Under the pieces are notes generated by a model. The model was given only the letters and a program-made list of their open reading frames with translations, searched no databases and was not told the DNA's origin. From NCBI GenBank assembly GCA_026936335.1, contig JAPMXV010000044.1, forward strand, positions 434,001 through 498,000: a stretch of 64,000 bases of DNA, given 5' to 3'. A program made the position numbers and the translations under genes. Of this stretch, positions 57,501 through 64,000 are shown in pieces (position 1 is the stretch's first letter; every line of letters starts with the position of its first letter). Origin of the DNA: Mantamonas sphyraenae STR306. Taxonomy: Eukaryota; Protista; CRuMs.

Positions 57501-60500
57501 TGCTGCCGCCTTCTTGGCACGTTCAGCTTGCTTCATCTGCTGTTCCATCTCCCGCGCCTTGGCTTGCTCGGCTCGCTCGCCTGCCTTTTTCAGTTTCACC
57601 TTCAGCTTCCGAACCTCTTGGCTCAGCTCCATGTTCTTTTCCCTCTCCATGCGCGCTTCCGCTTGTGCTTCGTGCACAGCCTCCAGACTCGCTGCATCCA
57701 CGTCCAGTCCCTCCAGTAGTTTCTGATTCTCCGCAGCCTTTGCTCGCAGCTTCACACGCAACTCCTCCACCTCTTTTTGCAGCGCCTCCACCTGTTCGCC
57801 ACCTTCCGACGACGACCCTTCCCTCTTTCCCTCCCCACTTCCACTTCCTCGCTGGCTCCCTGCAGACGCCGCCGCTTTGAGACGCAAAACCATCATCTGC
57901 TTCTTGCTTTCCGCAAGCTCCTGCTTCAGCTTGGCCAATTCCTCTCCATGATCCGCCCCACCCGCAGTCGGTACCGTCTCGCCAGTGCCACTACCATTTT
58001 CGCCTGCACCGACCTCATCATCACCTGAGTCTATGTCTTTACCATCCTCGCTGCGCCGCGCTGCTGCGCCGCGTGCGCGTGCCAGCTCCTCTGCAAGCGT
58101 CCTCAGCTGCAGTTCTTGCTCCACATTCGACGCTCCCAGATCCATCATCTCCTTCTGCATGCTCTGGTTGCTCTGCTCCAACGACTCGGCCTCGAATTTT
58201 ACATCGGCCAGTTCGGTCGCCAGCTCTTCCGCCCGCTCGATTTGCTTCTCCAGTTCCTCGTTGGCCTCTGCCATTTGTTCCTCCATCTCTCGTTTCTCCT
58301 TTTGAGCCAATTCCACCTGCGCCTGCGCCTCCTCCAATTCGCGCGCCACCGCCTCGCGTCCTTCTCGCTCCTTCGCCACCTTGGCCTCCCACGCCTCTGG
58401 GTTCAGCGACCGAATCCGCTTCTCCAGGGCCAGCACCTCCTCCTCGTGTTCTTCCTCCGCTCGCTTGGCTTTGGCAAGCGATGCGTTCAAACGTGCCACC
58501 TGGTCCTCCAATCGCCGTGCGTTGGCTTGCAGCGTGCCCTGGTTCCGCCTCTCCTGCGCCAGCTGTTCGTCCTTCTCGTCCACCCGTTTCTTCAGTTTGC
58601 TCACTTCGCGCTGCACATTCAACTTCAGCGTTTCCACGCGCTTTCGCTCTTCCTGCTCCTCGTTCACCTTTCCTTTCAGCTTGGCGATTTCGTGCCGCAG
58701 CACCTTTTCCAGGTCCATGAACCCCTCGATCGATCCCACCACCACCTTTTCCAAACCGGGCACTGGCTCCATCTTGCGGTACGGTGGGTCCTTGAACCCG
58801 CGGATCTTGCGTGCTTTGTCCAGCGCAAACTCGATGCTGCGCCGCGCGATCTCATCGTGCGACTCCACCACTTTGCGCATTCGTTCATACTCTTCGTGCT
58901 CGCTGTGGTACCTCTCTGCCAGCATGTGATACTTGTCCTCATAGTCCAGGTCCATCGTCTTCAACTTCTCCGTAATTGGCATTTCCTGCTCCAGCGCCTC
59001 TTGCTTCATCCTCTCCGCCTCCTCCATCGTCGCCTGCGTGCTCTCACGCACTTCTGCAATCTTCTTCTGCAACGCAAGCCTGTTTGTGTACTGGATGTTG
59101 TTCTTGCGTTTCGCGTACGCCTGCGCTCGTTTGTCCTTTTCCTTCTGTTTCTTCGCCGCTTTGCGTTCTTTCAGCACGTTCATCGATTTCTCCTGTTCCT
59201 CCCGTGCAAGTTCCTTCAGCTTTTCCTTGCCCTGGCGCTTCAGCTTGCGCTTTTCTGCCCGTTTCTTCTTTTCCTCCGCCTCTTCTAGCCGTTTGCGCTC
59301 CTCGCGCTCCTCCGCATCGCGTTGTCGTCTGCGCGCCATCTCCTCGTCGCGGAACACCCGGTACCACCGCCGCGCCTGCAGTCCTCGAAACGCCGTTTGG
59401 ATTTTCAGTGCGCTGTTGTACTCCAGGTCTCGGTAGCGCATGCCACCTCGCATTCGCAGGGCCATTTCACACTCGTGCGCACCTGGTGCTTCGCTGTCGT
59501 GACACCAGTCCAGCGGTGTTTGTTCGTCCTGGCTTGTGTCGTTGGGGGACAGACCACCCTTTTTCAGCAGCCACAGTGTGTTGTCCAGCTGACCACCCGC
59601 CGCCGCCCAGTGCAGCGCCGACGCGCCGGTGGCGTCCCGCGCGCCGCCGATGTCCGCTTTGTTCGAGCGCAGCACATCCAGGTACGCGGGTGTGCCCATC
59701 TTTGCTGCCAACATGCACGTTGGCGTGCCGTCTGCCGTTTTGCTGTTGGGATCAGCGTCGTTATACAGCAGCTCGCGTATGACATTCACGCGACGATCGA
59801 GCGAGCACGCCAGTTGCAGCGCATTCATGCCATTCTCGTTGTACACCGTCAGATCGGGCTCGTTGGCCAGAAGCACCTTGAGGAGGTCTACGTCGTGCAT
59901 AGCGATTGCCAGGTGTGTGCATGTGTCTCCGTTTCCGTCGCGCACGTTGATGTCCGCCCCGTAGTCTGCGAGCAGCTCCAGCACCTCTTCGTTGCGCTCG
60001 CCCACGGCGCAGTGCACCAAAAAGCGTCCCGCGCAACGCTTGGCTTGCAGTTTGCTGTTCAGTTCTTGCTGAAGAGGATTCCCGTCGGCTGTTTCCAGCC
60101 CTGACAAGAGATGCTCCACAACCGACGCCACGCCCCTGTGTACCGCCATGTGCAGCGGGCTCTGGCCCGTTTCCGGGTGCACCAAGTCCAGGCGCAGCTC
60201 GTGGCGGTCCAGCGCATGCACAATGTCTGCCTTGTCGGCAAGCACAGCTGCGTGCGCAAAGCTCAAGCCCGTCGTCGGGTCCACGTACCCAGGCTCCACC
60301 TCCTCTCCCTGTCGACGCAGAATCTTGTTCACCAAGTCTGTGTCCCCGTCGCCAATGGCTGTGAAAAGATCCTCGTTTGCGTTGCTCTCCTTGACCACAG
60401 GCCCACCCGTTTGCAGTTCGTGCAGACGATCCTCCAACTTTTGTTTCTGCGCCGTCCGCGTGACCAGCTTCCACTGTGCCACGTTCAATTTTGCCTGCAC

Positions 60501-61089
60501 GTTGCTGTTTGCTTCGTCTTCTCCCTCCTCCTCTCTCTCGTCTTCCTCTTCTCCCTCCTCCTCATGCCCGGGTGCGTCTCCAGCAGCGATGCCGGGTGTA
60601 GGCGTTCTTCCTCTTGAAGCATCGCTTTCTGCGACTGCATGTGAAGAGTCATCGCGATTCCCCACACTCCCACTACTGTTGCTATGTGAATCTGCCATTG
60701 GCTCGCCCTTGGCATCTTCTGTATCCGCCATCCGCTCGTCCTCAGTCTCGTCCTGGCCTTTGTCGCTTCCTCCACTGGAGCTGGTTGAATCAGACTCATC
60801 CACCCCTTGTTCGTCATGTGCCAAAGGCAAGCTGTCCGAATCACTGTGTTCCTCGCTTTCACGCCGTTCCTCTGCCACCACGGCCTCTTCTTCTGCTTGT
60901 ACAACCCGCCGGCGTGAGTGGTTGGCGGCGCCAAAACGGTTCTCCCAATCGGGTTCCCTACCCCGGTTGCGACGCACTGAATGAACCACTGCTCCACGGG
61001 GTGAAAGAAACGCTTCCCAATGCACAGACGCACACAAACACACACACACACACACACATACACTCAAGCTTTCACTCACCTGCGGACAT
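51525..61089 (-). CDS. Giant ankyrin-repeat + IQ + coiled-coil protein (>3100 aa); first exon may extend further upstream
   Basis: Main exon 60976-51525, joined to a donor at 61079 (ATG TCC GCA G|GTGAGT). Ankyrin repeats (GQSPLHMAV, GDTCTHLAI, GASALHWAA), IQ motif IQTAFRGLQARR and >2000 aa of E/K/R heptads with Gly/Ser linkers. Confidence 0.85.
61031..61063. repeat. (CA)n microsatellite within an intron
   Basis: Directly visible. Confidence 0.85.
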
Positions 61090-61401
61090 CTCGTGTTTTG
61101 GTCCGGGTCGCGGCGTCGTGTCCAGCGCAACACCCATCGTTCGTTCCAGTGCTTCCTTTCGGCCATCGCACACTAGATGCGCATCTGCTTGATCCTGGTG
61201 CTCGTGGTGTTCTGGGCCGCGTTCACAGCGTTCGGAGTGTGGCGCATCCTGGGCAGCTTGCCCGGCAGCCACAAAGACAGCCTGGTCCACACACCCACCC
61301 CTGAAATGTACAGCAACACGTGACACACCCTCCCTAATCAAAGTGCCCATCATGCACGTCTTGCGCACGATGCCCCACCACAACGACGGCGGCCCGAAGA
61401 G

Positions 61402-62589
61402 ATGCAGATCGACCGCTGCTCCGCGTGTGGCGAGCTTGGCAGTGATCTAGCACAGTGTAGTGGATGCAAGTCCGCTCATTATTGTGACCGACAATGCCAA
61501 CGGGCCCACTGGAAGTTCCACAAGAGCCTGTGCGAGAGGTACAAACGGGACTATGTACAGCGAAAGGCCACACGGCAGCTCGTCCTGCCCATCCTCGGCC
61601 AGGATGTCACCATGGCCCGCTTCCTGGCTGAGCCCAAGCCCCGCGTGCAGTTTGTGCACGCACACCAACGCGTCCACCAACACTGCCCACACCTGGATCG
61701 TTCTCACCCGCACCAGCCCAAATCGCTCCGCCACCTTTGCCTGGACGCCACGCGCCACGCAGACGCCTTGGACACTGTCTGGCTTGCCGATGCTCCCCTT
61801 TTTGTCTACGAAATGCTCATGGACCATCACTTTCCGGCCCTGACGCCTTGGCAACCTCTCGAGCCCTGCATCTTGTCTCGTCCCGCGCCTGACCCTCTGC
61901 TCTTCCGCATGCTATGGAGTTATTTTGAGGTTCTTTTTGAACGCGAGTCGGCTGTGCACAACGCCTTTGGGGCCCTCATCCACGCACAGCGCCTGGAAAC
62001 CCTCAGCTTCCAGCTCGGCGACGTCACCGCAAGTGCCTCCTGGCTGACGCGATGCATCCAGCTGGCACGCACCAGCAACAACCAGCTGGTGGAGCTTCAG
62101 GCCTGGCTTCGCCGTGCAATGCATCTCCTTGACGCAGGCAAGACGGAGGCAGCCTTGCGCGTCCTGGGAATTCTCGGCGGCCTCTGGGAGGCTGCCATTC
62201 AGTACGACGAGACCCTACGGTACGATTGTGCCTACCTATTCTATTTGCAAACCATTGCGCAGGCCCAACTGCAGAATGGTGACCCAACAGCCGCCCTCAT
62301 GCAGCTCGAGGTCCTGCTGAGCAACATCCGCTTCCAACACGACCTCGACGACGACGAGCTCCTGTGCCAGGTGTGTCGCACACAGCCAGACACGTTTGCT
62401 GTGTGTGTGTACGAACAGTTTGTGCGCTGGCTCATCGCATTGGCCAAACGCGGCATGCTCCTCAGCAACAGCTTCAGTCTTGACACGGTGTTTGCCACTG
62501 CTGACACGTCCATCCTGCCCCCCGGTCGCGCTCACGACCTTGCCCACTCGCTCATCAAGAAGTACAAAGTCAAGGCCACGGTGACGTGA
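61402..62589 (+). CDS. MYND zinc-finger protein with helical (TPR-like) C-terminal region
   Basis: CSAC..CSGC..YCDRQCQRAHW..HKSLC. Confidence 0.85.
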   Translation: MQIDRCSACGELGSDLAQCSGCKSAHYCDRQCQRAHWKFHKSLCERYKRDYVQRKATRQLVLPILGQDVTMARFLAEPKPRVQFVHAHQRVHQHCPHLDRSHPHQPKSLRHLCLDATRHADALDTVWLADAPLFVYEMLMDHHFPALTPWQPLEPCILSRPAPDPLLFRMLWSYFEVLFERESAVHNAFGALIHAQRLETLSFQLGDVTASASWLTRCIQLARTSNNQLVELQAWLRRAMHLLDAGKTEAALRVLGILGGLWEAAIQYDETLRYDCAYLFYLQTIAQAQLQNGDPTAALMQLEVLLSNIRFQHDLDDDELLCQVCRTQPDTFAVCVYEQFVRWLIALAKRGMLLSNSFSLDTVFATADTSILPPGRAHDLAHSLIKKYKVKATVT

Positions 62590-62624
62590 ATGCCTCCGTC
62601 CATTTTCTTCAATTTGCTTCTTTC

Positions 62625-64000
62625 TCATGCAATGTCTGTGCGCGACGAACCACGAGGTTCTCGCAGCAAACTCAGCGAGTACAGAGCATTTTCGTCGTAC
62701 TGGGTCATGGATCCCAGCAGTTGAATCACCGTGGCGTTCTCCTTGAACGTATACTCAAGTTGTTGGTGCTTCTGCAAGCGCTGGATGACCTGATACACCA
62801 GACGATGCTTCTGAAAGTTAATCATGCCTCCGATGGCCGAAGGGTTGCCCTCTTCAATGAAAGTCAGGTCGGACATATACAATCCGATGTACGGGAAGCA
62901 GGGCTCGCCCTGGGCCTCGTCCACCGCTGTGCGCAGCGCAGCCCACGAATTGTTGGGCGACAGAAGCGCACGCATCACCTCCATGGTTTCCTTGCATCCG
63001 GTGTTGACCAGGTTGCGCGTGTGCTTCATGCGGTGCACGGCAGCCACTGTCAGGCCAGAATTCACAGCCATCACTCCCTGGTAGTTGCGCAGCGCAAGCA
63101 ATTCCTGTGCCACACCCACCCAGTGCGTGACGAGTGCCGCGCGGTCTTTCACATGCGCCTCTGACACAATCATCGATGCCACGCCGTTGCTAAATTGGTT
63201 GAAACGCTCAACCAGCAACGTCACATTTGGCGAACGGTGCTGTGTCTCCTTTTTGCTCCACGCCAGGTCCAACAGTTCCCGAGGCTTGATCCCCTGGAAC
63301 ACGACAAAGTCCCGCAGAGTGATCTGCCTGGCCAGTTCCTTTGGTGACGTTCCAATGATCAGCATGTTTACCGTCACGCCCTCGGTGCGCAACAGCGACG
63401 ACTCCTTCTGTACTGTCATCAGCAGCTCTTCGTCCTCTTCAGCATCCAAGAACACCCCGTCCTGCATCACATCCACGCCCTCCATGCTTGCATCCACTTC
63501 ATCCGTACTGCTGCTATCGTTCTTGCTACTGCTGCTGCTGCTGCTGCTGCTACCGCTGCCGTCGCCGCCGGTGCTGACGTTTGCGTTGGCGTCGGCGTTG
63601 GCGTTTGTGCCGCTGTCGCTCCGCTCCTCTGTGCTTTCGCTATCGTTGTTGCTCTCGACACCGTCGGCATTGTCGTCCCCATCCTCGTCTGTGCTCCCTC
63701 CCTCTTGCGCACTGAGAGCCAGAAGAGAGCGCGCGGTGGGCATGGCTCCACTTCCGATTCCAGACTCGAGCGAGCGCATCGTAACGCTGCGTCGTTCGGT
63801 TTCCTTCACTTCCAGCTCGGTGTCCCGCAGCAACTTGTGGAAACGCACAGAGTCGCCCCGACGCTTGGCAGTATTGTCCACATGAGCATCGAGGAATTTA
63901 CCCAGCTGCTGGCGCAGGAACGGGTTCTTGCGAAAGTCTGCGTATCCGATGGAAACCCAGGTGTACAGGACGTCCAACACGGTGTCTTGCACGGGCTTCA
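62625..64000 (-). CDS. RasGEF (CDC25 domain with REM remnant); 5' part lies beyond the window end
   Basis: ELARQITL, SPNV..VERFN, LRNYQGVMAVNSGL, PCFPYIGLYMSDLTFIEEGNP and INFQK. Confidence 0.95.
   Translation of the reverse strand, partial: KPVQDTVLDVLYTWVSIGYADFRKNPFLRQQLGKFLDAHVDNTAKRRGDSVRFHKLLRDTELEVKETERRSVTMRSLESGIGSGAMPTARSLLALSAQEGGSTDEDGDDNADGVESNNDSESTEERSDSGTNANADANANVSTGGDGSGSSSSSSSSSKNDSSSTDEVDASMEGVDVMQDGVFLDAEEDEELLMTVQKESSLLRTEGVTVNMLIIGTSPKELARQITLRDFVVFQGIKPRELLDLAWSKKETQHRSPNVTLLVERFNQFSNGVASMIVSEAHVKDRAALVTHWVGVAQELLALRNYQGVMAVNSGLTVAAVHRMKHTRNLVNTGCKETMEVMRALLSPNNSWAALRTAVDEAQGEPCFPYIGLYMSDLTFIEEGNPSAIGGMINFQKHRLVYQVIQRLQKHQQLEYTFKENATVIQLLGSMTQYDENALYSLSLLREPRGSSRTDIA

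Noticed and set aside
60977-61166. ORF-track N-terminus of the 3213-aa protein (MAERKH..VCVCVC)
   Set aside because: It reads through a GT-AG intron (61079-60977) containing a TG microsatellite.

Overview
Gene-dense, GC-rich eukaryotic (protist-like, flagellated) genomic DNA with about 25 protein-coding genes, short spliceosomal introns and very short intergenic spacers. No rRNA, tRNA, CRISPR array or recognisable transposon was seen. In order, the genes are: a USP9/24/34-type deubiquitinase (runs off the left edge), enoyl-CoA delta-isomerase, two near-identical copies of a five-repeat Myb gene flanking a single-PH-domain gene, an LCAT-like lipase, a WD40 protein, WRAP73, a Tudor-like repeat protein, an HtrA protease, a Kelch-like protein, PEX2, a GRDP-like protein, a ciliary MIP-like protein, a small TM protein, a secreted beta-lactamase-fold protein, the CCA-adding enzyme, TMEM216, an N-truncated actin, a Zn-finger/vWA protein, IMPACT, a large multipass membrane protein, TSG101, a tweety-like protein, a giant ankyrin-IQ-coiled-coil protein, a MYND protein and a RasGEF (runs off the right edge). 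The standout is an apparently split actin. A head-to-head gene pair has actin residues ~74-375 in one gene (37883-38788, minus), while the complementary residues ~8-72, with a perfectly conserved D-loop, are embedded in the neighbouring cpRAS-family Zn-finger/vWA gene (39004-41679, plus). Exon boundaries and alignments were worked out by eye and are predictions.
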